Shown here: piece by piece, positions 18,372-27,646 of the stretch
Numbering within the stretch: the first letter of the stretch is position 1
Layout: every line of letters starts with the position of its first letter
Virus record (IMG/VR): IMGVR_UViG_3300014732_000001
Span: 1 to 64,000 of that record
DNA length: 64,000 nucleotides
Source: a virus
Taxonomy: Duplodnaviria; Caudoviricetes
Strand: one strand, 5' to 3'
Translations under genes and position numbers: made by a program
Notes under the pieces: model-generated
Seen by the model: only the letters and a program-made list of their open reading frames with translations
Told to the model about the DNA's origin: nothing
Databases searched by the model: none

Positions 18372-18629
18372 TCAAGAGTACTTGTCTTGAATCTCAGCAA
18401 TCTCGTTAAGCTCATCTGCTTTGTCACGAAGATTGTCTTGAGCGGCTTGGGCTTTCGCTGCTTTCTGAATCTTCTTAACAAGCTTTTTGTCCAAACCACC
18501 CGGATTGAACTCCTTGTGTGCAACGAACTCAACACGCAGTTCTTTAAGGTCTTCCTTCAGCGTAATAAGCTCTTGCTCTAGTTGGTAGGTGCGGTTGTAC
18601 AGCTCTTTTGGGTCTTTGAGTTGAGTCAT
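18372..18629 (-). CDS. Small helical DNA-binding protein, T4 DsbA/GapR-like
   Basis: 'QLEQELITLKEDLKEL..E...GLDKKLVKKI' resembles that family by eye. Confidence 0.45.
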   Translation of the reverse strand: MTQLKDPKELYNRTYQLEQELITLKEDLKELRVEFVAHKEFNPGGLDKKLVKKIQKAAKAQAAQDNLRDKADELNEIAEIQDKYS

Positions 18630-18641
18630 TAGTTATTCTCC

Positions 18642-18818
18642 TCAGTTGAAAATATTGTTTTGCTTATACGACTCTACAGCCTGTAGCATATCTTGCTCAT
18701 CAATAGCTGTGACTTGCAGAATTGTTGTAAGCTCTGGAATGAATACAGCGTTCCAATAAGTTGCACCATTTTCCCCGGCTTCGATAGAGGCTTGCGTCTC
18801 TAGTTTAATTTCATTCAT
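18642..18818 (-). CDS. Small hypothetical protein
   Basis: 58 aa, GAGGAG RBS, not in track. Confidence 0.55.
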   Translation of the reverse strand: MNEIKLETQASIEAGENGATYWNAVFIPELTTILQVTAIDEQDMLQAVESYKQNNIFN

Positions 18819-18839
18819 TCCCTACTCCTCCCTATTAAC

Positions 18840-19049
18840 TCAATTAAATTCAATAGTAGTTTCTACAACTTGGCTTTTCTGTATATCAACTTGAACACTA
18901 ACGCGATCATAATCTCCACGGTCCAACTCTCGACCCATCAGAGAATCAAGCTTATCCAACAACGCACGTATTTTTGGTGAGTAACGAACATGCCCCATGA
19001 CACAAGCAAGAATGTAAGCCTCTTCATCTGTCAGACTAATGGTTTTCAT
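18840..19049 (-). CDS. Hypothetical protein
   Basis: 69 aa, AGGAG RBS. Confidence 0.65.
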   Translation of the reverse strand: MKTISLTDEEAYILACVMGHVRYSPKIRALLDKLDSLMGRELDRGDYDRVSVQVDIQKSQVVETTIEFN

Positions 19050-19167
19050 CTCATTTCTCCTAAGATGCCCGCCGTATTTCAGACGGGCTTTGTTTCAAGT
19101 AAATTTATTTGAAATTAAATCATGTGAAGGAACAGCTTACCTTCCTGAAGACCAATCGGGGCTAAAG

Positions 19168-19575
19168 TCAAGTAGCATTTGCTGCCTCTCCGTTAATAGT
19201 ATGCCAGCCTACGTGACAAGCCTGACACATCCACCTAACCTCAAGGGGTTTCAGATAATCGTCGTGGTGTCCCACTAGGTTTTCCTCTGAACCACAACAC
19301 TCGCAAGAATTACCCTTCACAAGCCTTCCATCGCGGATTGCATTGTTAACTTTACAATGAGCTTTATACTTATTGGGGTATTTTGATCTGTACTCTTGCA
19401 AATCCTCTAAGGTTTGTCGGGAACCCCGCTTTCTGTCATATTCTCTATAATATCCTAACTTCTCTTTTCTATTATTCCTAACCCTAGACTTAACGCACCC
19501 CTTGCAAGTCCTCTCATTACTTTGGTAGAAAAGAGAAGGGTCTTTTTCAAGACCGCAACTCTTACACTCTCTCAT
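19168..19575 (-). CDS. HNH-type endonuclease
   Basis: 'CKSC...CKGC...CECCG...GHHDDY.KPLEVRWMCQACH'. Confidence 0.78.
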   Translation of the reverse strand: MRECKSCGLEKDPSLFYQSNERTCKGCVKSRVRNNRKEKLGYYREYDRKRGSRQTLEDLQEYRSKYPNKYKAHCKVNNAIRDGRLVKGNSCECCGSEENLVGHHDDYLKPLEVRWMCQACHVGWHTINGEAANAT

Positions 19576-19578
19576 AGG

Positions 19579-20286
19579 CTAGAACGGAATCGAGTCGTCG
19601 AAGCTATCAAAGTCTGGAGCAGGTTCAGCTTCCTTCTTAGCCTCCGGAACCGCTTTGGGCTTCTCTTCTTGTTGCACTTCTTCTTGCTTGCTCTCCACTT
19701 TCTTCACTTTGTAGCTAACACCAAGCACATCATCATCTACACTATCAGCGGCTGCTTTCTGCTCATAAGCTACATGTTCCAGCACTTGAACAGTGTCAAG
19801 AGTGACAACAACCTGACCTTCTTGGTTGCGGTAACCAAACAGTTTCAGTGTGCAGACAGAACCGTTACCAACATTCTCAGTGAAAGGCTTACCGTCTTTG
19901 TCAATTACGTTGACAGTCATAGGATTACCTTTCTTGCTGAACTCAGGCTTAGCTACAGTGAAGCCATACATACCCTCAACAGCGTCATAATTTACCTTAC
20001 CTTCTTCGGTTTGAGAAGATAGTGGGTATTTGATTCGACGTGGCGGCTTAGAAGTCTTATCCTTGCCAACAAGAGCAAAAGTCTTATTCACCATCACTTC
20101 ATCAAGCAGTTTGTCTTTGGTTTCCTCATCAACAAACACCGTTACACTATATTCCCGATCCTCAGACTGATACTTCTTCTTAGGCTCGTGAAGCACCGGA
20201 TAGAAGACAGTTGCGTCTTTGATGTACAGGTTTACAGTTTCCAGAGAACCAGTTTTAGGCAGGTCACGGAGTACGATACTAGTCAT
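19579..20286 (-). CDS. Single-stranded DNA-binding protein
   Basis: T7 gp2.5-like OB pattern ('VGNGS.C.LK'), acidic tail ending FDDSIPF, own promoter. Confidence 0.8.
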   Translation of the reverse strand: MTSIVLRDLPKTGSLETVNLYIKDATVFYPVLHEPKKKYQSEDREYSVTVFVDEETKDKLLDEVMVNKTFALVGKDKTSKPPRRIKYPLSSQTEEGKVNYDAVEGMYGFTVAKPEFSKKGNPMTVNVIDKDGKPFTENVGNGSVCTLKLFGYRNQEGQVVVTLDTVQVLEHVAYEQKAAADSVDDDVLGVSYKVKKVESKQEEVQQEEKPKAVPEAKKEAEPAPDFDSFDDSIPF

Positions 20287-20373
20287 ATTAATTTCCTCTT
20301 TCAGTTGTGTATGATTTTGTCACTATGGTTTGAGGCGTTTTGGAACGGACACCACACTCCGTTGAAGCTGTGT

Positions 20374-20402
20374 ATTGTTTCAAACTTTTCTCTCTTCGTC
20401 AA
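20374..20402 (-). promoter_or_regulatory. Promoter upstream of SSB
   Basis: TTGACG-N17-AACAAT with TG extension. Confidence 0.6.
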
Positions 20403-20405
20403 GCT

Positions 20406-20720
20406 TTATTTGACAGGAAGATACTCAATCTTAACAACCTCTGTTGGAGCAACCTCTACAAACTCAATCATCTCACCGTCGTATTCGTATGGTTGCTCAT
20501 CTTGGCATTCAGTAGCGCCTGAACTGTAGTTTGTGGCGTAGAACTTTCCAGTGTTTAGGTCTTTATAGACTCGTTCGTAGATGTGGCTCCACCGGGAAGT
20601 ATCCACAAGCTCTTCTTGAATCAGTTCAAATTTAAGGTCAAAACCTTCCCAGTCTTCCGTACTATCTCCTTTGTTATATAGGTCAAGGAGTTCTACAGCT
20701 TGCTCATTTGTTACGTACAT
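20406..20720 (-). CDS. Hypothetical acidic protein
   Basis: 104 aa, GGAGG RBS. Confidence 0.72.
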   Translation of the reverse strand: MYVTNEQAVELLDLYNKGDSTEDWEGFDLKFELIQEELVDTSRWSHIYERVYKDLNTGKFYATNYSSGATECQDEQPYEYDGEMIEFVEVAPTEVVKIEYLPVK

Positions 20721-20729
20721 AAACCCTCC

Positions 20730-20897
20730 TTATCGAGCTTTAAACATCATAACTACAAACATGAACAAGAACACTACAGCAACAATCACCACTGGTGCCC
20801 ACAAAGGAGCAGTGACAACAGCCCAGCTAATCGTAGCAATTCCTGCAAGCTTTAGTCCAAACATAATCAGGAACATCATTCCCAAAATAAACCACAT
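20730..20897 (-). CDS. Small membrane protein
   Basis: 55 aa, 'LKLAGIATISWAVVTAPLW' pattern common in phage membrane proteins. Confidence 0.6.
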   Translation of the reverse strand: MWFILGMMFLIMFGLKLAGIATISWAVVTAPLWAPVVIVAVVFLFMFVVMMFKAR

Positions 20898-20911
20898 CTG
20901 ACACATCCTCC

Positions 20912-21079
20912 TTATCGTTGAAAACTGTCAAATGAAAGCTTAACAAGCTTAAATTTAGTGTGTCCATGACACTTTGCATAACGAAGCTGAGAACGCGCTT
21001 GCTCTCGTGTCTCACACAAAGCAATTACATTTCCTTTATCATCTGTTGTAGCCCACGCTTTAATCTTTTCAATGTTCAT
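20912..21079 (-). CDS. Small hypothetical protein
   Basis: 55 aa MNIEKIKAWATTDD..., GGAGG RBS. Confidence 0.55.
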   Translation of the reverse strand: MNIEKIKAWATTDDKGNVIALCETREQARSQLRYAKCHGHTKFKLVKLSFDSFQR

Positions 21080-21406
21080 TTAGATTTCCTCCACTTCTTC
21101 TGGTTTAAGCCAACTACCATTACCAAGAGCATCTTCCACACGATACGGAAGATGGCTGTCCGCTTCATCATATTCCTTGACCGTTACAATGTCTCCGATA
21201 TCTTGACAGTGGTCTGAGATATCTTTTACAACCCGATACTGCTTTCCTACTACAAGCTCTTTCAACACTGACTGATTGTCTTGTTGACCTTTCTCATTAA
21301 CAACACGCTCATATTCCATGAAATCTTCAAAGGAAGCGAAATACAGGGATGTTGTTTTCTGAATTTCTCCGATATTCTCAGTGATTGTTTTAGTTACAGA
21401 TGCCAT
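21080..21406 (-). CDS. Hypothetical protein
   Basis: 108 aa after promoter at 21452-21480. Confidence 0.7.
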   Translation of the reverse strand: MASVTKTITENIGEIQKTTSLYFASFEDFMEYERVVNEKGQQDNQSVLKELVVGKQYRVVKDISDHCQDIGDIVTVKEYDEADSHLPYRVEDALGNGSWLKPEEVEEI

Positions 21407-21451
21407 CTCTTCTCTCCTAAGCCCTCAAGGCTTTCTTGTTAATGTGTGTAC

Positions 21452-21480
21452 ATTGTGAAGCATGTTTTAGGGGTTGTCAA
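21452..21480 (-). promoter_or_regulatory. Sigma70-like promoter
   Basis: TTGACA-N17-CACAAT. Confidence 0.6.
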
Positions 21481-21495
21481 GGGAATTTTTAGAGA

Positions 21496-24400
21496 TTAGT
21501 GAATTTCAGCAGCATTTGCACCAACCTTATACTCTCCATCCAATTCTACCTGCATGTTCAGTACTTCTCCAGCTTTTTTAATGTAATCAACGATGAGTTG
21601 ACCAATCTCTTCAGCCACTTCCGGCTCTGCCTCAAAATCTCCTTGGTCATGGAAGGCCGCTAATCGCTTAACGACATGTCCCTTGTAATTGTAATAGGGA
21701 CGCCCCATTTCATCAATCTGTAGCCAGCCAAGCTTGTTGTCCATAAAGCAAAGAGCATATGTAATCACTGTAGCACCAAGACTCTGGCCACAAAGGTTTA
21801 CAAGCAAATGCTTAGACCGCACAGACAAAACACGGCCATCTTTGCCAACAATGTACTTCTTCTGACCAACACCTTCCCACTGCTTCTCCATCTCTTCCTT
21901 GAATTTCTTTAGGCCCTCGTTAGCATTCCAGTAATTTTCATATGCCACTTTACCGGCTTGCTCTGTCAAATCAAGGGACTTTGTAAACTTCTTAACCGAG
22001 GCTCCATAGGCCAGCGAATAAGCCCCGGTCTTAGCCTTGTTCCGCCAAGGCTTGAATTTAGGGTCATCTTTATCAAAATCTGGTGACTCGATATCAAACA
22101 TTGCCGTCTCTTTCGGAAAGAAGATTGTTGCATTGTATGAGTTACCGCTAACAAGAATCTTGCCTGCCCTTCGTACCACAATAAAAGTGCTTGGAACAGA
22201 AACACACCCAATCTTTCCTCTATAATGCTCTTTTTTCGCAACCGGGACGTTGACACCTTGCGTTTCTTTTGAAATGTAGCTCCTGTGTAATGTGCTCAGT
22301 CCAAACGGTGTTACTCGGTCTTTATATGTATTGTCCGTCACCTTAAACCCTGCAAGGATTGCTACTGTGCTTACAATGTCTCGGCTCTCTTTGCAAGTCG
22401 TATCGAACACAATAGCCCCGTGTCTGTTTACAGTTCCGTCCCACCTTGAAACCTCCTCTATGAAAACACGAGCCTCGTCAACACTCATGCTACAAAGGTT
22501 GCTTGTGAACTTCTTTTCAGAAGACAAATAGTTTTCCACAAACTTTACTTTATCTTTGTGGACAAAAAATCGAGAAGTCGTTCCACCCTTGCCGTTAGTC
22601 TCGTTCACGCAAATACCTAGTTGTTTGCAAAGTTCTCGGAACGCAACAATTTTCCTCTCCTTTGAAAACTCAAAACTGTAGCTTTTCCCGTTGAACCAGG
22701 AGTCTGCTTGAGCTGCAACAATAAACCCAATCTCTGCACAAGATAGACCAAGGCCCTCGGAGACAACTGTTCCGCTGTTGTGAAACCGGAGGCTGTTGTT
22801 AAATTTACCAACAAAATCTTTTGCGTACTTGACCCTCATCTTTTCCGGGCGGCGTGCATCAAAAAACATCATTCGGTGGTTGGGGGTTACGAGTAAGTCC
22901 ACGCTCTGATTTTTAAATGAGATCATCTCTCCTTCGTAGTCTTGCCAAACAATGTTCGTTGGTTCAACAAACTCGATTTTTCCGTTATTCCACTGACCAA
23001 CGAACTCCCCCACTTTCAACTCCCCGAAAGTTTTCCAGCCCGTAGGCGTAATAATTTCAGTGTCCTCGGAATAGCAGTGGCTATCTCCATTCAGCACCAG
23101 ATCAGCGAATTTACCATTATCATGCTTGAACGTGTAGTCAGCAACAGTTCTGTTCTCTAGCGCGGCGGCATCTGCTGATACATATTTCATACCTTTATCA
23201 ACAATGAACAAACTCCTCATCTCATAACCCTTCACAACTTCTGGTGACGCCTTGGGCAAGTTCGTAATACAAGAATGCTTCACTCGAAATGTTGGCGTGT
23301 ACCCAGAAATTTCAGCAGACAACCTCCCGTCAAACTCAAGTCTCCAGTTGTTCAACCACCCAGTGACCACACTTTTGCGGTTACGAAGCGAGAGGAAACG
23401 GACAATTCTCTTAGGTAACTCTCCATCGAGTTTCAAAAGGTTAGGGCAAATTTTACCACCTTCCTGAATCTTAGGACTTGTTGTAATCACCTCTCCTTTG
23501 GCATCCCGCATTGGCTTACCACGTTCGTCTCGCTTGAAGTTCCACATGCTTGGCTTCCATGAGCGCTGCATAAACCACTCTTTAATATCATCGCCATCCT
23601 TAATCTCCATAGGAAGCTGGATATCCAAAAGCTGACCACCAATTATGTCGTAGTCTTTCCCATAGAACTCCCATTTTCCGTTTTCTTTCTGAACCCCTTC
23701 GTGCTTTTCAATCCACTTTTCCATGATAGCAGACAGAGTACCATCCTTACGGTACGGCTTTTGCGGCATACTGTAGAGCTTTTTTTCGCCCTCTTTTAGT
23801 TTTCGTGGCGGAAGCTGAGGCAGCACTTCACGCTCAATCTCCTCCATCTCCACATCAATCTCTGCAATAAGCTTCTCTGCTGCTTTCTTATCGAACAAAA
23901 TGCCCGTGTAAGCTTGCGCAGAATACAAATAGTAATCTTTGTGCAGAGCCTTTGAGGCAGAGGCGAACGAGGCTCCAATCTTCGACATTTGGCCATACAT
24001 CTGCCCAGCCACTTTACGAAGGTGGTTGTATACATCAATTGTCAAAGCAACGTCTTGTTCACAATAAATCCGCATTTCTTCAGAGTACTTTGAAAAGTCG
24101 TGGAAATCAATTTTACTGTTATGTAGCTCCTCTCCCCAAGAGGCCAAGCTGTGTCGGGGACGATCAGGCGATAGAAATTGAGACAAAACATACAAATCTA
24201 CAATCTTGCATTTGTGCTTAAAATCTAGCCAATCGTTACCGCCTTTTCCAATATGAAAAGCAATATCCAAATGCTTCCACAACATCCAATGGTCGTATCC
24301 AATACCGTTATAGGACACAACTGTTGGGCAGTCGCCAAACGAGTTGTGCCAATCCATAAACAAACGCTTGCACTCTTCTTTACCTTGTCGAAACGGATAA

Positions 24401-24516
24401 AGACTCAGTTCTCGTTGTTTGTCTAGACTTTTGAAATGAATAATCCAAACTTTTTCCGACTGGAGGTAGAAATTATCTGCCTCCATGTCAAACGCATACC
24501 CACTAACTTCAGCCAT
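21496..24516 (-). CDS. polA: Family A DNA polymerase containing an intein
   Basis: Exo 'FDMEAD', 'YCEQDV'; motif A 'SADAAALENR'; motif B 'RNKAKTGAYSLAYG' (Tyr at the Klenow-762 position); motif C 'FHDQ'. Confidence 0.93.
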   Translation of the reverse strand: MAEVSGYAFDMEADNFYLQSEKVWIIHFKSLDKQRELSLYPFRQGKEECKRLFMDWHNSFGDCPTVVSYNGIGYDHWMLWKHLDIAFHIGKGGNDWLDFKHKCKIVDLYVLSQFLSPDRPRHSLASWGEELHNSKIDFHDFSKYSEEMRIYCEQDVALTIDVYNHLRKVAGQMYGQMSKIGASFASASKALHKDYYLYSAQAYTGILFDKKAAEKLIAEIDVEMEEIEREVLPQLPPRKLKEGEKKLYSMPQKPYRKDGTLSAIMEKWIEKHEGVQKENGKWEFYGKDYDIIGGQLLDIQLPMEIKDGDDIKEWFMQRSWKPSMWNFKRDERGKPMRDAKGEVITTSPKIQEGGKICPNLLKLDGELPKRIVRFLSLRNRKSVVTGWLNNWRLEFDGRLSAEISGYTPTFRVKHSCITNLPKASPEVVKGYEMRSLFIVDKGMKYVSADAAALENRTVADYTFKHDNGKFADLVLNGDSHCYSEDTEIITPTGWKTFGELKVGEFVGQWNNGKIEFVEPTNIVWQDYEGEMISFKNQSVDLLVTPNHRMMFFDARRPEKMRVKYAKDFVGKFNNSLRFHNSGTVVSEGLGLSCAEIGFIVAAQADSWFNGKSYSFEFSKERKIVAFRELCKQLGICVNETNGKGGTTSRFFVHKDKVKFVENYLSSEKKFTSNLCSMSVDEARVFIEEVSRWDGTVNRHGAIVFDTTCKESRDIVSTVAILAGFKVTDNTYKDRVTPFGLSTLHRSYISKETQGVNVPVAKKEHYRGKIGCVSVPSTFIVVRRAGKILVSGNSYNATIFFPKETAMFDIESPDFDKDDPKFKPWRNKAKTGAYSLAYGASVKKFTKSLDLTEQAGKVAYENYWNANEGLKKFKEEMEKQWEGVGQKKYIVGKDGRVLSVRSKHLLVNLCGQSLGATVITYALCFMDNKLGWLQIDEMGRPYYNYKGHVVKRLAAFHDQGDFEAEPEVAEEIGQLIVDYIKKAGEVLNMQVELDGEYKVGANAAEIH
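22141..23076 (-). mobile_element. Intein (312 aa) with LAGLIDADG domain in DNA polymerase
   Basis: DSH|CYSEDTEIITPTGW...LLVTPNHRM...VSVPSTFIVVRRAGKILVSGN|SYN; blocks 'AAQADS' and 'SRWDG'. Confidence 0.92.
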
Positions 24517-24541
24517 ACTTCCTCCTGTTTAAATCTTGTCC

Positions 24542-24570
24542 ATTGTTTCAGAAAAAGCAGGAGGCGTCAA
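24542..24570 (-). promoter_or_regulatory. Promoter upstream of DNA polymerase
   Basis: TTGACG-N17-AACAAT with TG extension. Confidence 0.62.
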
Positions 24571-24576
24571 GCCCCC

Positions 24577-26256
24577 TTAAAAGTTCATAGCTTTTGATTC
24601 TGGATAGTAAATCCACCCTTCGTCATCAGGAACAACGTGAAGCCTCCCATCTTCAAGCTGAAGCATCGTGTCACAAACCCCTAGCTCTCCCCATTCTCTG
24701 TCCTTGAGGATTTTGGTTCGAACGCGGCCACGGGTTTCATCTGGTAACACCTCGTTCTCAAGAGCAACAATACAGCTGCTCATTTGTTCAATCCCGGATG
24801 AGCCGCGAAGAAATTCCTTCCGTACTTGTCTCCAGTAGGCTTTAGGCTCTTCACCTTCTTTAAGTCTAGGCCCGTTATCTTCAACACGCTTAAGGTGACA
24901 AACGGCATGAATAGTTACTTCATTGTTTGTCATAAAAGCTGCCAGCTCTTCATAAAGCATGTCGATATCTTTACGTTCGTTGTTGCTCTCCAAGCCCGCC
25001 ACTACCATTGAAATGTGGTCAATAAAGATGTGTTCACACCCGCAAATAAAGTGCAAATACTTAATCTGCTGCATAAGCTTGTCTACTTTCATAGAACCAA
25101 AGTGGTCCAAGAAGTAGGTTTTACCGTTTGAGATAACCTTATCCTTGGCTTCAAGGATTTGTTCTCGTGTAGCAACAGACAAGGGATTTTTTCGGAAATC
25201 TGGTAGACGAACACCAAGCTCCAAAGCAACCAAGGACTGTTGTGTCTTCTTAGTTGGCTCTTCTAGGAAGATAAAACCCACCTTGTATCCAGCAGCAACC
25301 AACTCCCATGCAATTTCACGATTTAGCGTCGATTTACCCACTCCACTAAATGCAGTGTAGGTGATTAGTTCGTTACCTGTTCGAATTCCGTGAAGCTTTT
25401 CCATAAGCTTAGGGTATCGCTCAATATAATGCCCTTCACGCAACGGTTCAAGCAAAGAATCAATATCGACATCATCACCGCAAATAATCTTCTCTGGGCT
25501 ATATTTCTCCAGCCCGAAAGCTAGAATCTTGCCAAGTTCTGAAGCATAGCCTTGCAATACACAATCACGGGCATCCTTTAGGTTATGCGGGTGTGTGATT
25601 GTGTAAATATTATCGGACAATAGAAGACTTGCTACTTCTTCTTTTGCTTCCTTCCCCTTAAGGATATTCTTCTTAAGCTCCTTGAGTGTTGCAGAATCTG
25701 AGTCAAATGCAAGAACAATGTCAGAAAAGGATTGAACAAATTCAAGGTTATGCGCCACTGACTCTGCTGCATTTGCTGTCCCCATTGAAATAGACACAAC
25801 GCTTGGTTCAATCTTTCCTTCATACTTAGTTCCACGAAGGCTTTCAAGGATTGCTCGGCGGGTTGCCGGAACCTCTTCCTCTCCTTCAACAATAATCAGC
25901 TTACGACCACCCTTCGGGGTTTGTGGCTGGCCAAACATCTGGGCATTAATCTTCACTGTACCAACCACAGTAAAATGAAAATCGTGGTCTTTTGGAACCG
26001 TCCAATCTCGCTTTTTAAATCCAGTCAATTCTCCCGACTTGCTGTAGTACGGGAAATAGGTGGCTTCAATTGTCTTACCGTCTTTGGTGCTGACACAAGA
26101 TCGAATCTCATAAAATTCTGCATCTTCTTTAGTCAGCCCACGTTCAGGTACTGGTAGGCACTTGTACTTAAGAACATCTTCCAAGCTCTCTTTAGCAAAA
26201 ACACTCTCACTTTCTCGCATCTTATCTCCTCGTTTGTATTTTCGTTGATATGTCAC
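24577..26256 (-). CDS. T7 gp4-like primase/helicase without an N-terminal Zn-binding domain
   Basis: TOPRIM 'IVEGE', 'AFDSD', 'KDARD'; Walker A 'AFSGVGKST'; 'FIDHIS'; 'LRGSSGIEQ'. Confidence 0.9.
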   Translation of the reverse strand: MTYQRKYKRGDKMRESESVFAKESLEDVLKYKCLPVPERGLTKEDAEFYEIRSCVSTKDGKTIEATYFPYYSKSGELTGFKKRDWTVPKDHDFHFTVVGTVKINAQMFGQPQTPKGGRKLIIVEGEEEVPATRRAILESLRGTKYEGKIEPSVVSISMGTANAAESVAHNLEFVQSFSDIVLAFDSDSATLKELKKNILKGKEAKEEVASLLLSDNIYTITHPHNLKDARDCVLQGYASELGKILAFGLEKYSPEKIICGDDVDIDSLLEPLREGHYIERYPKLMEKLHGIRTGNELITYTAFSGVGKSTLNREIAWELVAAGYKVGFIFLEEPTKKTQQSLVALELGVRLPDFRKNPLSVATREQILEAKDKVISNGKTYFLDHFGSMKVDKLMQQIKYLHFICGCEHIFIDHISMVVAGLESNNERKDIDMLYEELAAFMTNNEVTIHAVCHLKRVEDNGPRLKEGEEPKAYWRQVRKEFLRGSSGIEQMSSCIVALENEVLPDETRGRVRTKILKDREWGELGVCDTMLQLEDGRLHVVPDDEGWIYYPESKAMNF

Positions 26257-26271
26257 AACCCTCTCCCCATA

Positions 26272-26514
26272 TCAATCCTCTCCACGACCATCAAGCTCCG
26301 CCACAAAATAACCCTCTTGATACCCCATCTCATACCCTTCTTTATTAGCCTTCTCAGCAATACGCTCAGCTTCTTCCTGAGGAAGAAGCCCTTCACAGAA
26401 GTATTCTAGAAAGCTACTCAAATCTGCCCCATTACACTCAAGCAACTCCTTATAAGCAAACTCTTGAAGCTCTTTACTGCTGTATTGGCGATAATTCTTA
26501 ACATCAATCATCAT
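26272..26514 (-). CDS. Hypothetical protein
   Basis: ORF with refined start. Confidence 0.6.
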   Translation of the reverse strand: MMIDVKNYRQYSSKELQEFAYKELLECNGADLSSFLEYFCEGLLPQEEAERIAEKANKEGYEMGYQEGYFVAELDGRGED

Positions 26515-26794
26515 TCTGTGTGCCCTCCAGTGTTGCAACGCTGCTGGCTACGATCCTCTGCACTTTATTCATCTCTTTGATCAAGAATTCATTCAGAGGT
26601 TCTTGCTCCTCCTCTCCAATCCAATCTCGATAATCGTTTTCAGAATCCCACAAGTAACAGCCCATATACTTGACATAATCGCCGATGGGAGTTTCTACTA
26701 ATTCAAGGTATTGAAAGTAATCATGTTCATAAGCATCACTTCCAAACAACTTATCATTGAGGTTCTTTACGATTTCACGGATATTCTCACTCAT
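26504..26794 (-). CDS. Hypothetical protein
   Basis: Start refined to MSENIRE. Confidence 0.65.
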   Translation of the reverse strand: MSENIREIVKNLNDKLFGSDAYEHDYFQYLELVETPIGDYVKYMGCYLWDSENDYRDWIGEEEQEPLNEFLIKEMNKVQRIVASSVATLEGTQNDD

Positions 26795-27006
26795 CAATAA
26801 ATCTCCAATCGTGCATTCACTTCCGTAAACACATCGCCACAATGATCTTCTTTACAAGACAAGTCACCACTAACTAAACAGACGTTGTAGAGATCGACTG
26901 TCCGCATCATATACTTCAGCATACGACTGCTGATGTAAACCTTCCCTGCTTCAAGATCATCAAATTTAAGCTCTTTGCTCACAAATCGTAGGTCATTGAC
27001 TTCCAT
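26794..27006 (-). CDS. Hypothetical protein
   Basis: 70 aa, GGAGG RBS. Confidence 0.65.
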   Translation of the reverse strand: MEVNDLRFVSKELKFDDLEAGKVYISSRMLKYMMRTVDLYNVCLVSGDLSCKEDHCGDVFTEVNARLEIY

Positions 27007-27008
27007 AA

Positions 27009-27371
27009 TTATTCCTCCAAATCCAATGCAGTAAGAATATACTCTTCCGACTTTCCAACCTCGTAAAAGGTCGGTGAAGGAAGTTCCTTAGACCACTTAT
27101 CTAGCAATTCTTTAAGAGATTTACTGTGGTGCTCTACAACGTCGCCCATCCAATCCTCGGACCATTCACCTCCGATATCGTAAGCTCGCTCTGCCATCTG
27201 TTCAATAATATCGTCTACATCGATCATTGCACTAATCTTTGGTCGCTTAGTTGTGGCTTTCCAGACTATATCGCCCGGCTTAAGATCAGGATTATCATTG
27301 ATTAGATCGGAAAGCTCAACACAATTAAAGTCTTCATCGTTGGCAGACCAAGCAATTTCATATACTTCCAT
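27009..27371 (-). CDS. Hypothetical acidic protein
   Basis: Start refined to MEVYEI, GAGG RBS. Confidence 0.7.
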   Translation of the reverse strand: MEVYEIAWSANDEDFNCVELSDLINDNPDLKPGDIVWKATTKRPKISAMIDVDDIIEQMAERAYDIGGEWSEDWMGDVVEHHSKSLKELLDKWSKELPSPTFYEVGKSEEYILTALDLEE

Positions 27372-27373
27372 AA

Positions 27374-27646
27374 TTATTCCTCCCATTCTCCACGTTGTAC
27401 ACAGAATTTAGCTGGCTGCATCATCTTCGTAGCAACATTGTACATCATTTGTGTTTGCCATTCAATGCATGGACCCTGTTTAGATTCTTCCATTCCAGCG
27501 TAGAGCAGAAAGAATACACCCACTGCACACCAGAACACAAAGCCAACCATTGCAATCTTGTTATCATACAGTGATTGCGACAGCAAGAAAAAGAACACCA
27601 CAAAATAGCCAACAACAATCAACGTAATCAAGAGGGCTTCAAACAT
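27374..27646 (-). CDS. Membrane protein (2 TM)
   Basis: Two hydrophobic helices. Confidence 0.68.
   Translation of the reverse strand: MFEALLITLIVVGYFVVFFFLLSQSLYDNKIAMVGFVFWCAVGVFFLLYAGMEESKQGPCIEWQTQMMYNVATKMMQPAKFCVQRGEWEE

Noticed and set aside
6905-19090. Two similar hairpins (6911-6930 and 19067-19088), both followed by ATCT on the minus strand, as a shared regulatory motif
   Set aside because: Only two copies with different stems and loops; could be ordinary terminators or processing sites.
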